From assembly GCA_963702425.1 (NCBI GenBank), contig CAVPCQ010000009.1, forward strand, positions 1 to 64,000: 64,000 bases of DNA, in the 5' to 3' direction. The DNA is from an uncultured Acidobacteriota bacterium. GTDB taxonomy: Bacteria; Acidobacteriota; Polarisedimenticolia; J045. This document shows, one piece after another, positions 32,283-42,149 of the stretch (position 1 is its first letter; each line of letters begins with the position of its first letter). A program made the translations under genes and the position numbers. The notes beneath the pieces were generated by a model. The model was given only the letters and a program-made list of their open reading frames with translations, made no database searches and was not told where the DNA came from.

Positions 32283-33250
32283 GGGCGGGACTCCTCCGAG
32301 CGCGTGATGGCGTCGGCGATCAGCGCGCAGGATCGGACCGCGGCGACCCCTTCCTCGAGCGGGATCGGCGACGGCTGGCCGGCGGCGAGCGCCGCGACGA
32401 AGGCCCGCAGCACCTCGCGCACGGTCGGCACCGGCTCGGCGACCGGGAGCGGCCGGCGCGCGTGTCCTTCGAGCTCGAACAGGAAGCCGTGGACGAAGTC
32501 GCCGACCAGTTGGCGCTCGCTCCCGGCGACCTCGATCCGTCCGCTGCGGCCGCGCCCGGCGCGGCTGTTGTCGAGCGTGGCGATCACGTCTCCGGGCGTC
32601 AGTCGGAGCGTCGCCGCGAACAGGTCGTGGGTGACGCGGTGGTGCACGCGGCGGGCGAAGGCCTGCGCCGCAGCGACCTCGGTGCCCGTGAGAAAGCGCA
32701 GCACGTCGATCCCGTGGACGCCAGTGTTGAGGACCGGGCCGCCCTCGGACGGCTCGTCGAGCCACGCGCGGCCGGTGCGCTCGAGGCGCTGGTTGATCGC
32801 CACGAGGTGCAGCTCACCGGCGCGCGGCATCGCCGCCGCGAGCGCGCGGATCACGCTGTTGAAGCGCAGCGTGTTGGCGATCATCGCCGGCACCCCGGCC
32901 TGCCGGGCCACCTCGACCGCGCGACGGGCCTCGGCCTCGCTGGCCGCCAGCGGCTTCTCGACCAACACCGCCTTCCGCGCCGCCGCCGCGGCCTCGACCG
33001 CACCCGGGTGGCGCGACGGCGGGAGCGCGGCCACCACCAGGTCGACCGCCGGGTCGCCGGCGAGCGCATCGAGCGAATCGTGGTAGACGAGGCCGCGGAT
33101 CCCGGCCCACGCCCGTCCCTCGTCGTGCCGGCGCCGGTGCACGGCAACGAGCCGCGCTCCCGGCACGTCGCCGGCGAGCAGGTGCTGGGCGTAACGGATG
33201 CCGTGGCGGCCGAGTCCGGCCAGCCCGATTCCGAGCGTCTCGTGCGGCAT
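32279..33250 (-). CDS. Gfo/Idh/MocA family oxidoreductase
   Basis: GLAGLGRHG Rossmann motif, VLVEKPLA, GGPVLNTGVHGID. Confidence 0.92.
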   Translation of the reverse strand: MPHETLGIGLAGLGRHGIRYAQHLLAGDVPGARLVAVHRRRHDEGRAWAGIRGLVYHDSLDALAGDPAVDLVVAALPPSRHPGAVEAAAAARKAVLVEKPLAASEAEARRAVEVARQAGVPAMIANTLRFNSVIRALAAAMPRAGELHLVAINQRLERTGRAWLDEPSEGGPVLNTGVHGIDVLRFLTGTEVAAAQAFARRVHHRVTHDLFAATLRLTPGDVIATLDNSRAGRGRSGRIEVAGSERQLVGDFVHGFLFELEGHARRPLPVAEPVPTVREVLRAFVAALAAGQPSPIPLEEGVAAVRSCALIADAITRSEESRP

Positions 33251-33365
33251 GATGAGGTTCCCGGCGCGTGACCCCGTGGGGGAAGGCCGCGGCACTCTAC
33301 CACGCGGTCTCGCTCCGGTTCTTCATGGGTGATCCGGTTCGCCCCGGCGGCGCCGGGGTTCGGGA

Positions 33366-34562
33366 TCAGCGACCGAACAGGCCGATCAGCTTGGAGGTGG
33401 CGCGGAAGAGCAGCCCCGGTCCTTCCTTGGCCTCGCTCACGGCACCCGTGGCGTCCGCCGCGGGCTTCCCCGGGGTGCCGCCCGCGGGGCTCGGCGCCGT
33501 TGCGGGTGCCGGCGCGGGCGGTGCCGGCGGGTTGAGGCGCGCCTGGAGCCGGTCGGTCATCTCGGCCAGGTAGCGCCGCCAGGTCAGCAGGCGGCGGGCG
33601 GCCTCGCGGTCGTTCCCGCCCGACTCGACCGCGCGCGTCAGCGCCTGCTCGGCGCGTGCTTCGACCAGCGCGAGGATCCGCCGATCGTGCTCGAGCGCCG
33701 CGCGGTCGCCCTGCGGCAGATCGCGCCGCACCAGCGAGCAGGCGGCCCAGATCTCGAGGTAGAGCGGGTCGCCGGGCCGCGCCTTGCCCTCTCGCGCCGC
33801 ACCGAGCAGCGAGACCGCGTCGTCGAGCGGCGGTGGCTCCTGGTGCGCGTTGCGCGCCGCGTCGCCGCGTGCGACCTCGACCAGCGCAGCAGCAGCGCGG
33901 GCCAGGTCGGCCTCGCCGGTCAGTTCGAGTGGGTCGGGCAGCAGTGCAAGCCCCGCGGCGATCGCTTCGCCACCGCGCGGGGTCGGGGCCGACTGCAGCA
34001 TGAAGCGGATCTCGCCGGCGACCTCGGCCAGCCGCGACCACTCGTGGGCGCGGGTGGCCAGCGCCAGGGCGTCGAGCGGGGCGTCCGGGCCCTGCCGCCG
34101 CAGCCGGCGCATCCGCTGGCGCACGGCGACGGAGCGCGTCAACGCGTCACGCAGCCCCAGGTCGGGGACCTGGTTCCTCGAACCGAGCAGCCGTGCGAGG
34201 TCGCGCACCTCAATTGGCGCCGGGTCGGGCCAGAGCCTCGCCCCGATCTGTTCGGTGAAGGTGATGCTTCCGACCGGCAGCGACCCCAGCACGAGGTCGA
34301 GCGCCTCGAGCGCCGCGCTCTTCGCGCGTCCCTGCGGCGTCGGCATCTCCGCCGACTCCGAGCCGACCGCGATCGTCCCGCGGGGGATGGCCGCGCGGCG
34401 CGACGGCAGCGGGAGGGCGTCGGTGTTCTCCACTTCGGCCGCGGGCGGGGCGAGGCGGGACCCCGGAAGGCCGGAGCCGCCCGGGCGCAGAGCGGGCTTG
34501 GCCGGCCGCGGCGTCACGCCGGCACCGATCGTCTCCCGCCAGTATTTCTTCGAGTCGGCCAT
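33366..34562 (-). CDS. hypothetical protein
   Basis: ATG 34562 (MADSKKYWRE), 398 aa, helical with a Pro/Ala-rich linker; fills the gap between neighbours; no family recognised. Confidence 0.65.
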   Translation of the reverse strand: MADSKKYWRETIGAGVTPRPAKPALRPGGSGLPGSRLAPPAAEVENTDALPLPSRRAAIPRGTIAVGSESAEMPTPQGRAKSAALEALDLVLGSLPVGSITFTEQIGARLWPDPAPIEVRDLARLLGSRNQVPDLGLRDALTRSVAVRQRMRRLRRQGPDAPLDALALATRAHEWSRLAEVAGEIRFMLQSAPTPRGGEAIAAGLALLPDPLELTGEADLARAAAALVEVARGDAARNAHQEPPPLDDAVSLLGAAREGKARPGDPLYLEIWAACSLVRRDLPQGDRAALEHDRRILALVEARAEQALTRAVESGGNDREAARRLLTWRRYLAEMTDRLQARLNPPAPPAPAPATAPSPAGGTPGKPAADATGAVSEAKEGPGLLFRATSKLIGLFGR

Positions 34563-34632
34563 GCGCGCCCCGGTTCGAATGTCGTCGCCCGGGGGGGCCG
34601 GGGCAACCCCGGCCTTTTGATAGCATCGGCGG

Positions 34633-35946
34633 GTGGGGCCGGTCTTTCTGATCCTGGTCGTCGTTTCCGTCCTGGCCGGGGTCTGGACGGGCCGGATGCA
34701 GGAATTGACCGAAGCCTCGATCGCCGGGGCGGGACAGGCGGTCGAGCTGGCGATCGGCCTGGTCGGGATGATGACCCTCTGGCTCGGCCTGACCGAGGCG
34801 CTGCGCCGGGCCGGGCTGGTCGAGGCCCTCGCCCGCGGGCTTCGCCCAGTCTTCCGGAGGCTCTTTCCCGGGGTTCCCGACGGCCACCCGGCGCTCGGCG
34901 CGATGACCCTCAACATGGGGGCGAACCTGCTCGGCCTCTCCAACGCCGCGACCCCCTTCGGGATCGAGGCGATGCGCCAGCTCGACCGGCTCAACGGCCG
35001 CCCGGGGACGATCACCGACGCGCAGGCCCTGTTCCTGGCGATCAACACCGCCGGGGTCTCCCTGCTCCCGCTGGGGGCGATGGCGGTGCGGGCGCAGCTC
35101 GGATCGCGGGACCCGGCCGGGATCCTCGGGCCGACCCTGATCGCGACCGTCCTCTCGACGCTGGTCGCGGTCGCGACGGCGCTGGTGCTCGCGCGGCTGC
35201 CGCGGTTCCGGAGGAGCGCGCCGCCGCCGGCCTCGGGCGCAGATGGGGAGGGGAGCGCCGGCCCCGCCGAGGCGGAGGGCGCTGCGAGCGCCACCGCAGC
35301 GCCGCCGTCTCGGGCCGCGGGCTGGCGCGGGCCGGCCGCGTGGACGGTGATGGCCGCCGCTTCTGCCGGGGCCGCGCTGGCGCTGGCGCGCCTCGCGTCC
35401 GCCGACGGCAGCGCCGTGGCGTGGCGCTACGGCGTGTCCTGGTTGCCGTTGCCGCTGCTGATCCTGGCCGCGGTGCTCTACGCCTGGTCCCGCGGCGTGC
35501 CGGTCTACGCGGCGGTCGTCGACGGCGGGAAGGAGGGGTTCCAGGTCGCGGTGCGGATCATCCCGTTCATGGTCGCGATCCTGACCGTGGCAGCGATGTT
35601 CCGGGCCTCCGGTGCGCTCTCCGCGCTCGAGTGGCTGCTGGCTCCGCTCACCGGGCCGCTCGGCTTCCCGGCGGCGGCGATCCCGATGGCGCTGATGCGG
35701 CCGCTCTCGGGCTCCGGCGCGCTGGCGATCATGAGCGACGCGATGAAGGCGCACGGCCCCGACAGCTTCGTCGGCTACCTCGTCTCGACGATCCAGGGCT
35801 CGAGCGAGACGACCTTCTACGTGCTCGCGGTCTACGGCGGGGCGGTCGGGCTGGCCCGCACGCGCCACGCAATCCCCGCCTGCCTGGCCGGCGACCTCGC
35901 CGGGACGCTGGGGGCGCTGGTCGCGGTGCGGCTGCTGCTCGGCTGA
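34633..35946 (+). CDS. fused spore maturation protein A/B-like (nucleoside recognition gate) membrane protein
   Basis: ANLLGLSNAATPFGIEAM and LFLAINT (SpmA); MFRASGAL, MRPLSGSGA and GSSETTFYVLAVY (SpmB). Confidence 0.92.
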   Translation: MGPVFLILVVVSVLAGVWTGRMQELTEASIAGAGQAVELAIGLVGMMTLWLGLTEALRRAGLVEALARGLRPVFRRLFPGVPDGHPALGAMTLNMGANLLGLSNAATPFGIEAMRQLDRLNGRPGTITDAQALFLAINTAGVSLLPLGAMAVRAQLGSRDPAGILGPTLIATVLSTLVAVATALVLARLPRFRRSAPPPASGADGEGSAGPAEAEGAASATAAPPSRAAGWRGPAAWTVMAAASAGAALALARLASADGSAVAWRYGVSWLPLPLLILAAVLYAWSRGVPVYAAVVDGGKEGFQVAVRIIPFMVAILTVAAMFRASGALSALEWLLAPLTGPLGFPAAAIPMALMRPLSGSGALAIMSDAMKAHGPDSFVGYLVSTIQGSSETTFYVLAVYGGAVGLARTRHAIPACLAGDLAGTLGALVAVRLLLG

Positions 35947-36025
35947 GCGGCCCGCCTTTCCGCGGGCCGGTGGGCCGCGCCGCACGGCCTCTCCGCCGCA
36001 CGAAACCTATATTGGCGGTCGGAAG

Positions 36026-37594
36026 GTGAGAAGGATGGAAGCCGTTCGCCACCGTTCGCGAGCCGCCGCGCTCGCCCTGTGTCTCGTCGTCGCCGCCTCG
36101 GCCGCGGTGCGCGCGGCGGAGGCTCCGCCGCTCAGCGCCCTCGCCGAGCGCGCGCGCGGTTCCGTCGTGGAGATCCTCGGCGCGATCGAGGGCAGCGACG
36201 AGACCTCGTACGGAACGGGTTTCGTCGTGCGCGAGAAGAGCCTGGTGCTGACCAACGCCCACGTCGTGCGCGGCGTGAAGAAACCCCTGGTCCGGACGAG
36301 GGACGGCGCGACCTACGCCTCGGTGCGCGTGATCGACAGCGACGACGCGCTCGACCTGGCGCTGCTGCGCGTGGTCGGGCTGGGCCTCGAGCCGCTGCCG
36401 ATCTCGGCGGTGCCGCTGGCGCCGGTCGGGACCGAGGTGGTCGCGGTCGGTCACCCGCGCGGCTACGAGTTCACCGTCTCGGCCGGGATCGTCTCCGCGA
36501 CGCGGACGCTGAAGGACCACGGGATCGAGATGCTCCAGACCACCGCGCCGATCAGCCCCGGCAGCTCCGGCGGTCCGCTGCTCGACCGCGAGGGCAAGGT
36601 GGTCGGCGTCTGCTCGCTGACGCTGGCCGAGGGGCAGAACATCAACTTCGCGGTGCCGGCGCGGGAGGTCGGGCCGTTCCTGGAGCGCGGCCTGGCGATC
36701 GAGCGCGCGCTGACCGCCGGGACGGCCGGCGACACGGGCGCGCTGCCGCCCGACGGGCTGGCGCGGCTGGTCCGCAAGCACCGCGACGAAGGGGACTTGG
36801 TGCGCGCGGCCGACCTGGCGCGCACGTCGCTGGCGCGTCACCCGCAGAGCCTCGCCCTGCTCGTCGAAGCGGCCGAGGTAGCCTGGTCGCAGGGGCGCTT
36901 CCCGGAGGTCAAGGCGCTGCTCGCGCAGATCGACGGCGTGAAGCCCGGCTATCCCGCGGCGCGCCAGATCGGCGGCGCGCTGGCGGCGCAGGACGGCGAC
37001 TGCGAGCGCGCGGTGCGCGAGTCCGACGCGGCGCTCGCCGCGGGGCTGGACATCGAGCGCGCGGGCGAGGCGCACGCCGTGCTGGCGGAGTGCCTGGGCC
37101 GGCTCGGGCGCACGGGCGACGCGCTGGCCCACGTCGACCAGGCGCTGGCGGTCGGGAGGATCGCCGATCTTCCCGACTATCACGCACTGCGGGCCTTCCT
37201 GCTGCAGGCGCTCGGGAAGGCCGACGAGGCCGACCGGGCGGCCGTCGACGCGCTGGTCGCGGCGAACTGGGACCCGCTCGTCGTGGCGGCGCTGCGCGAG
37301 CGCGGGCTGCCGCGGCTGGTCGAGGTGGTGTCGCAGCGCACGGTCAACGCCAACGGCGTGCTGACGGTGGAGGGGGTCGTGCGCAACCGCGGGCCGGTGG
37401 CGCTGCGCGAGGTCGAGCTGACGGCCGAGGGAACCGACGCCGCCGGGACGATCGTGGCCTCGGGGTCCGCGAAAGCGGCGCCGGGACGGCTGGTGCCCGG
37501 GCAGACCGGGTCGTTCCGGATCGCGCTCGGCGGCGCACCAGACGCCGTCAAGGACATCGTCGTCCGCGTCGTCGACTTCCAGGGGCAGCCGTAG
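36026..37594 (+). CDS. secreted trypsin-like serine protease with TPR-like region and C-terminal FxLYD-like domain
   Basis: Signal peptide; triad motifs LTNAHVV, DLALL and PGSSGGP; helical repeats; VEGVVRNRG..VELTA..D..G.IV..LVPGQTGSF at the C-terminus. Confidence 0.85.
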   Translation: MRRMEAVRHRSRAAALALCLVVAASAAVRAAEAPPLSALAERARGSVVEILGAIEGSDETSYGTGFVVREKSLVLTNAHVVRGVKKPLVRTRDGATYASVRVIDSDDALDLALLRVVGLGLEPLPISAVPLAPVGTEVVAVGHPRGYEFTVSAGIVSATRTLKDHGIEMLQTTAPISPGSSGGPLLDREGKVVGVCSLTLAEGQNINFAVPAREVGPFLERGLAIERALTAGTAGDTGALPPDGLARLVRKHRDEGDLVRAADLARTSLARHPQSLALLVEAAEVAWSQGRFPEVKALLAQIDGVKPGYPAARQIGGALAAQDGDCERAVRESDAALAAGLDIERAGEAHAVLAECLGRLGRTGDALAHVDQALAVGRIADLPDYHALRAFLLQALGKADEADRAAVDALVAANWDPLVVAALRERGLPRLVEVVSQRTVNANGVLTVEGVVRNRGPVALREVELTAEGTDAAGTIVASGSAKAAPGRLVPGQTGSFRIALGGAPDAVKDIVVRVVDFQGQP

Positions 37595-37617
37595 GAGCCG
37601 ACCTCCGTGCCGGCCCG
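37591..37617 (+). repeat. GTAG-type REP-like palindrome, family A (variant)
   Basis: GTAGGAGCCGACCTCCGTGCCGGCCCG; 2 mismatches to the copies at 38110 and 48800. Confidence 0.8.
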
Positions 37618-37729
37618 ACAGCAGGCACGGATCGTCCCGCAACCCGCCCGCGTCCTCCTCAGCGGTGTAACCTGTCTGCGCGCCCTCACGCGACCGCGGG
37701 CGCCGACCGCCCCGGTGGAGACGGCACCC

Positions 37730-38113
37730 ATGAGATGGCTCGGACGGTATGCGGACCACGCCTACGCACTGCTCCGCATCGTGGCGGGGTTCATGTTCAC
37801 GTTCCACGGGGCGCAGAAGGTCCTGGGGTTCTTCACCGAGCACCAGCCGCCGGTGGGGTCGCAGATCTGGATCGGTGGGCTGATCGAGCTGATCGGCGGA
37901 CTCCTGGTGATGGTCGGGTATCAGACCCGCCTCGCGGCCTTCCTCTGCAGCGGCACGATGGCCGTGGCCTACTTCCAGTTCCACTGGAAGCTGCAGGGGG
38001 GGCCGGAGTTCTTTCCCGCGGTGAACGAGGGCGAGCTGGCCGTCCTCTACTGCTTCGTCTTCCTCTTCATCGCCTGCCGAGGCGGTGTGAAGTGGTGCGC
38101 AGACAAGAGGTAG
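37730..38113 (+). CDS. DoxX family membrane protein
   Basis: LLRIVAGFMFTFHGAQK, IELIGGLL, MAVAYF..H, NEGELAVLYCFVFL. Confidence 0.92.
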   Translation: MRWLGRYADHAYALLRIVAGFMFTFHGAQKVLGFFTEHQPPVGSQIWIGGLIELIGGLLVMVGYQTRLAAFLCSGTMAVAYFQFHWKLQGGPEFFPAVNEGELAVLYCFVFLFIACRGGVKWCADKR

Positions 38114-38137
38114 GGGCCGGCCTCCGTGCCGGCCCGC
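38110..38137 (+). repeat. GTAG-type REP-like palindrome, family A
   Basis: GTAGGGGCCGGCCTCCGTGCCGGCCCGC, with a GGGCCGGC/GCCGGCCC stem. Confidence 0.85.
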
Positions 38138-38153
38138 ACCCGGGAGCGGGACG

Positions 38154-38900
38154 ATGACGATCCTCCTCTTGTGGCTCGGCTACGCCATCCTCCTCTCGGC
38201 CGCGCTCGCGTGGGCCGGGCACCGCGCGCAGCCGGGATCCTCGAGCCGCGAGACCCGCCGGCCTCCCGCGCGGATCCTGGTCGTCGGCGCGACCGGCGGC
38301 ACGGGCCGCCAGCTCGTCGCGCAGGCGCTCGAGCGCGGCTACGTCGTGACGGCCCTCGTCCGGGATCCGTCGCGGCTCGAGGTCGTCCACCCGCAGCTGA
38401 CAGTGATCCGGGGCGACGTGCTCGACGAGGGCTCCGTTGACGCGGCGGTGCGCGGCCAGGACGCGGTCCTCTCCGCGCTCGGCCACAAGCGGTACTTCGG
38501 ACCGACCCGGATCCTCTCGGCCGGGACGCGGAACATCGTGCGCGCGATGGAGAAGCACGGCGTCCCGCGCCTGGTCTGCGAGACCTCGCTCGGGATCGGC
38601 GACAGCACCGGGCGCCTCGGCCTCCTCTACACGCTCTTCCTCATTCCGGCGATCCTGCCGTTCTACTTCTGGGACAAGACGCGGCAGGAGAGGGTCGTCG
38701 CGGGGAGCGGCGTGGAATGGGTGATCGTGCGGCCGGGAGCGCTGGCCAACGGCGACCGGCGTGGCCGCTGTCGCCACGGCCGGGGGATCGGGAGCTTCCT
38801 TTGGACCGTGCGCGTCTCCCGCGCCGACGTGGCGGACTTCATGCTGGACCAGCTGACTTCCGACACCTACCTGGGAACCGCACCGGGGGTGTGCTGGTAG
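38154..38900 (+). CDS. NAD(P)-binding oxidoreductase (atypical SDR / flavin reductase-like)
   Basis: ILVVGATGGTGRQLV, GQDAVLSALG, WVIVRPG, VSRADVADF. Confidence 0.9.
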   Translation: MTILLLWLGYAILLSAALAWAGHRAQPGSSSRETRRPPARILVVGATGGTGRQLVAQALERGYVVTALVRDPSRLEVVHPQLTVIRGDVLDEGSVDAAVRGQDAVLSALGHKRYFGPTRILSAGTRNIVRAMEKHGVPRLVCETSLGIGDSTGRLGLLYTLFLIPAILPFYFWDKTRQERVVAGSGVEWVIVRPGALANGDRRGRCRHGRGIGSFLWTVRVSRADVADFMLDQLTSDTYLGTAPGVCW

Positions 38901-38908
38901 GTCCCGTG

Positions 38909-40264
38909 CTACCGGGCGCGCCGGGCCTGCGCGACCGCCTCGCGCCAGCGGGCCAGCCGCTCCGCGATCGCGCGCTCCTCGCCTTCCCCGGACGGCTCGT
39001 AGAAGCGCGTCCCCGCGAGATCGGTCGGGAGGTAGTCGACCGGCGCGTGGTGGCCGGGCTCGTCGTGCGGGTAGCGGTAGCCGGCGCCGGCGCCGAGCTG
39101 CTGCGAGAGCGGGGCCGAGGCGTCGCGCAGCGCCGGCGGGATCGGCAGGTTGCCGCGCGCTCGGGCGGCGTCGGCTGCGGCGTCACGCGCGCCGATCACG
39201 CTGTTCGACTTCGGCGCCGTCGCCAGGTAGAGCGCGGCCTCGGCCAGCGGCAGCGTGCCCTCGGGCAGGCCGAGCCGCTCGAACGCCTGCGCCGCGGCGA
39301 GCGCGAGCGACAGCGCCCGCGGGTCCGCCAGCCCGATGTCCTCCGCGGCGAAGATCAGCATCCGCCGCGCCGGGAAGAGCGGGTCCTCGCCCGACTCGAT
39401 CATGCGCATCAGGTAGTAGACCGCGGCGTCGGGGTCGGAGCCGCGCAGCGACTTGATGAAGGCCGAGGCCAGGTCGTAGTGCTGGTCCCCCTGGCGGTCG
39501 GCGCGCAGCAGCCGCTGCTGCGCGGCGAGCCGAACGTCGTCCAGCGTCAGCTCGGCCGGCTCGCTCCCGGCGCCCCGCGCCGCCGCCAGCGCGGCGGCGA
39601 TCTCGAGCGTCGTCAGCGCGCGCCGCGCGTCGCCGTCGGCCTCGGCCGCGATCGCGTGCCGTACCGCCTCGCCGGCGCGCACCGTCCCGCCGAGGCCGCG
39701 CGCGTCGTCGTCGAGCGCGCGGGTGACGATCGCCGCCAGCGCCGTGTCGTCGAGCGGCCGCAGCACCAGCACCCGGCAGCGCGAGACGAGCGGCGCGACG
39801 ACGGTGTGCGCGGGGTTCTCGGTCGTGGCACCGATCAGCGTGATCGTCCCGTCCTCGACGTGGGGCAGGAGCGCGTCCTGCTGCCCCTTGTGGAAGCGGT
39901 GGATCTCGTCGAGGAACAGCAGCGCGCGGCGGCGCGCGCGGCGCAGCTTGCGCGCCCCCTCGACGACCTGGCGCACGTCGGCAACGCCGGAGCTGACCGC
40001 CGAGAGCGCGAAGAACTCGTACCCCGCCTCCGCCGCAAGCAGCCGCGCCAGCGTCGTCTTGCCCGAGCCGGGCGGTCCCCAGAGGATCAGCGAGGGCAGG
40101 CGGTGCGCGGCGATCGAGCGGCGCAGGAATCCTTCGGGCCCCGTCAGGTGCGGCTGGCCCACGACCTGGTCCAGCGCGCGCGGGCGCATCCGCTCCGCCA
40201 GCGGGGCGTCGTCGCCCGGCGGCGGGAGCGCCGGCCCGTCGCCCGGGAAGAGCGAGCCGCTCAC
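38909..40264 (-). CDS. rarA: replication-associated recombination protein A (AAA+ ATPase)
   Basis: PLAERMRP, WGPPGSGKTT, LFLDEIHRF, GATTENP, SAFIKSLRGSDPDAA, EDIGLADP, APKSN. Confidence 0.95.
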   Translation of the reverse strand: MSGSLFPGDGPALPPPGDDAPLAERMRPRALDQVVGQPHLTGPEGFLRRSIAAHRLPSLILWGPPGSGKTTLARLLAAEAGYEFFALSAVSSGVADVRQVVEGARKLRRARRRALLFLDEIHRFHKGQQDALLPHVEDGTITLIGATTENPAHTVVAPLVSRCRVLVLRPLDDTALAAIVTRALDDDARGLGGTVRAGEAVRHAIAAEADGDARRALTTLEIAAALAAARGAGSEPAELTLDDVRLAAQQRLLRADRQGDQHYDLASAFIKSLRGSDPDAAVYYLMRMIESGEDPLFPARRMLIFAAEDIGLADPRALSLALAAAQAFERLGLPEGTLPLAEAALYLATAPKSNSVIGARDAAADAARARGNLPIPPALRDASAPLSQQLGAGAGYRYPHDEPGHHAPVDYLPTDLAGTRFYEPSGEGEERAIAERLARWREAVAQARRAR

Positions 40265-41412
40265 GGCGCTTCCGTTTCGAGCGCGCCGACGAGCGCGCGC
40301 CCCTGCCGGATGCCGGCGCCGGAGAGCAGCACCACGACGCGCCGCGCGCCGGCCAGCAGCCGCGGTGCGCTGCGGCCGAGCAGGAAGGCCACGGGAAGCG
40401 CCGCAGTCGGCTCGACCTGGAACCCCGCGCGCCACAGCAGGCGCAGCGCGCGATCGATCGCGACCTCGTCGGCGGTGACGACCGCGCCGTCCGTCTGCCG
40501 CACCGCTTCGAGCAGCTCGACGGCGCGCACCGGGTGCGGCACGACCGCCCCCTCGGCCAGACTGGGGCACGGCAGCTCCCACGGCGCCGCGTCGCGGGCC
40601 TGCTCGCGGAAGGCGCGCGCGAGAGGCGCACACCCTTCGGGCTGGACCGCGACGATCCGCGGGGCTGCGCCGCGGCCGGCGGCGGCGAGCGCACGGAAGC
40701 CGGCGTGGAGGCCGGCGAGGTAGCCGCCCTGTCCCGCGGCCGCGACGACCGCGTCGGGCAGTCCGCCCAGCGCCGCCGCGATGTCGAACGCCGCCGTCGC
40801 GGCGCCGGCGGTGAAGAGTGGCTGCGCGGCGTGCGAGGCGTAGGTCGTGCCCGGGCCGCGGGCAGCGAGCGCGGCGACGGTGGCCCGGTCGCGCGGCCCG
40901 TCGACCTCGACCAGCTCGGCGCCGGCGGCGCGGATCAGCTCCTTCTTCAGCGGCGTCGTCGCGGTCGGGACGAAGACCCGCAGCGCGAGTCCGCCCGCCC
41001 GGGCGTACGCGGCGAGCGACAGTCCGGCGTTGCCCGACGAGTCCTCGATCAGCGCGCGCTTCCCGGCCGCTCCGAGCGCCGCGACCAGCAGCGCCGAGCC
41101 GCGGTCCTTCCAGGACCCCGTGGGAAGCAGGTCGTCGCGCAGCGCGTGGAGCCCCTCCGGCAGCCCCGGCAGCGCGAGCGGCTCGACCGGGACGATCCGC
41201 TCGCCCAGCGTCAGCTGCGGCACGTCGTCGAGGAACGGGAAGGCCGCGCGCCAGCGCCACGGCGAACCCGGGCTGGCGCGATCCGGCACCGGATCGCCCG
41301 GCGCGAGCATCTCCGGCGCGCGCGCGACCCCGCCGCAGGGGCAGAACGGGTCGTCCGGGAGAAGCGGCCGCGGCCGCCCGCAACGCGTGCAGGCCGGGGA
41401 GGGGAGCGTCAT
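40261..41412 (-). CDS. threonine synthase-like PLP-dependent enzyme
   Basis: N-terminal CTRC/CPC, PTGSWKDRG (PLP Lys), EDSSGNAG, VEPTAA. Confidence 0.88.
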   Translation of the reverse strand: MTLPSPACTRCGRPRPLLPDDPFCPCGGVARAPEMLAPGDPVPDRASPGSPWRWRAAFPFLDDVPQLTLGERIVPVEPLALPGLPEGLHALRDDLLPTGSWKDRGSALLVAALGAAGKRALIEDSSGNAGLSLAAYARAGGLALRVFVPTATTPLKKELIRAAGAELVEVDGPRDRATVAALAARGPGTTYASHAAQPLFTAGAATAAFDIAAALGGLPDAVVAAAGQGGYLAGLHAGFRALAAAGRGAAPRIVAVQPEGCAPLARAFREQARDAAPWELPCPSLAEGAVVPHPVRAVELLEAVRQTDGAVVTADEVAIDRALRLLWRAGFQVEPTAALPVAFLLGRSAPRLLAGARRVVVLLSGAGIRQGRALVGALETEAP

Positions 41413-42149
41413 GCGCCGCCGGGACGGGGGCGGGCCGCGGTCGCGAGGTCCGCGAGGACGCGATCCGCCGCCGCGCGCGGGTCCTCGGCCTTGACGATCG
41501 GCCGCCCGACCACGATGTGGCTCGCGCCGCCGCCCACCGCCTCGGCCGGGGTCGCGACGCGGGCCTGGTCGCCGTGCGCCTCGCCCGGCAGCCGGATCCC
41601 CGGCGTCACCAGCCAGAAGCCATCCCCCAGCTCGCGCCGCAGCCGCGGGGCTTCGAGCGCGCTGGCCACCAGACCGTCGGCCCCGGCCTCGAGCGCCAGC
41701 TTGGCCAGTCGCAGCGCGTTGGTCTCCGGGTCGTCGGAAGCCAGCCCCAGCGCCGCCAGGCTCCGCGCGTCGTGCGAGGTCAGCACCGTCACCGCCAGCA
41801 GCTGCGGCCGCGACGCCCCGCCCGCACCGCAGGCCTCCGCCACCTCGCGCGCGGCCGCGATCATCTCGCGCCCGCCCAACGCGTGCAGCGTCGTGAAGCG
41901 CACGCCCAACGTTGCCGCCGAGCGCACCGCCGCCGCGGCGGTGCGCGGGATGTCGTGGATCTTGAGGTCGAGGAAGATCGACGCGCCACCGGCCCGCGCG
42001 GCCTCGACTGCCGCCGGGCCGTGCGCGACGAACTGCTCCAACCCCACCTTGAAGACGCCGACTTTGCCGGACAGCGTCGTCGCCAGCGCGCGCGCGCCGG
42101 AGAGGTCCGGGACGTCGAGTGCCACGACCAGCCGATCGACCGGGTTCAT
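41409..42149 (-). CDS. pyrF: orotidine-5'-phosphate decarboxylase
   Basis: LVVALD, FKVG, FLDLKIHDIPRT, VTVLTS, VTPGIR, DQARVATP, VVGRPI. Confidence 0.96.
   Translation of the reverse strand: MNPVDRLVVALDVPDLSGARALATTLSGKVGVFKVGLEQFVAHGPAAVEAARAGGASIFLDLKIHDIPRTAAAAVRSAATLGVRFTTLHALGGREMIAAAREVAEACGAGGASRPQLLAVTVLTSHDARSLAALGLASDDPETNALRLAKLALEAGADGLVASALEAPRLRRELGDGFWLVTPGIRLPGEAHGDQARVATPAEAVGGGASHIVVGRPIVKAEDPRAAADRVLADLATAARPRPGGA

Noticed and set aside
34633-35946. SpmA/B as evidence of sporulation
   Set aside because: Fused SpmAB homologues are widespread in non-sporulating diderm bacteria.
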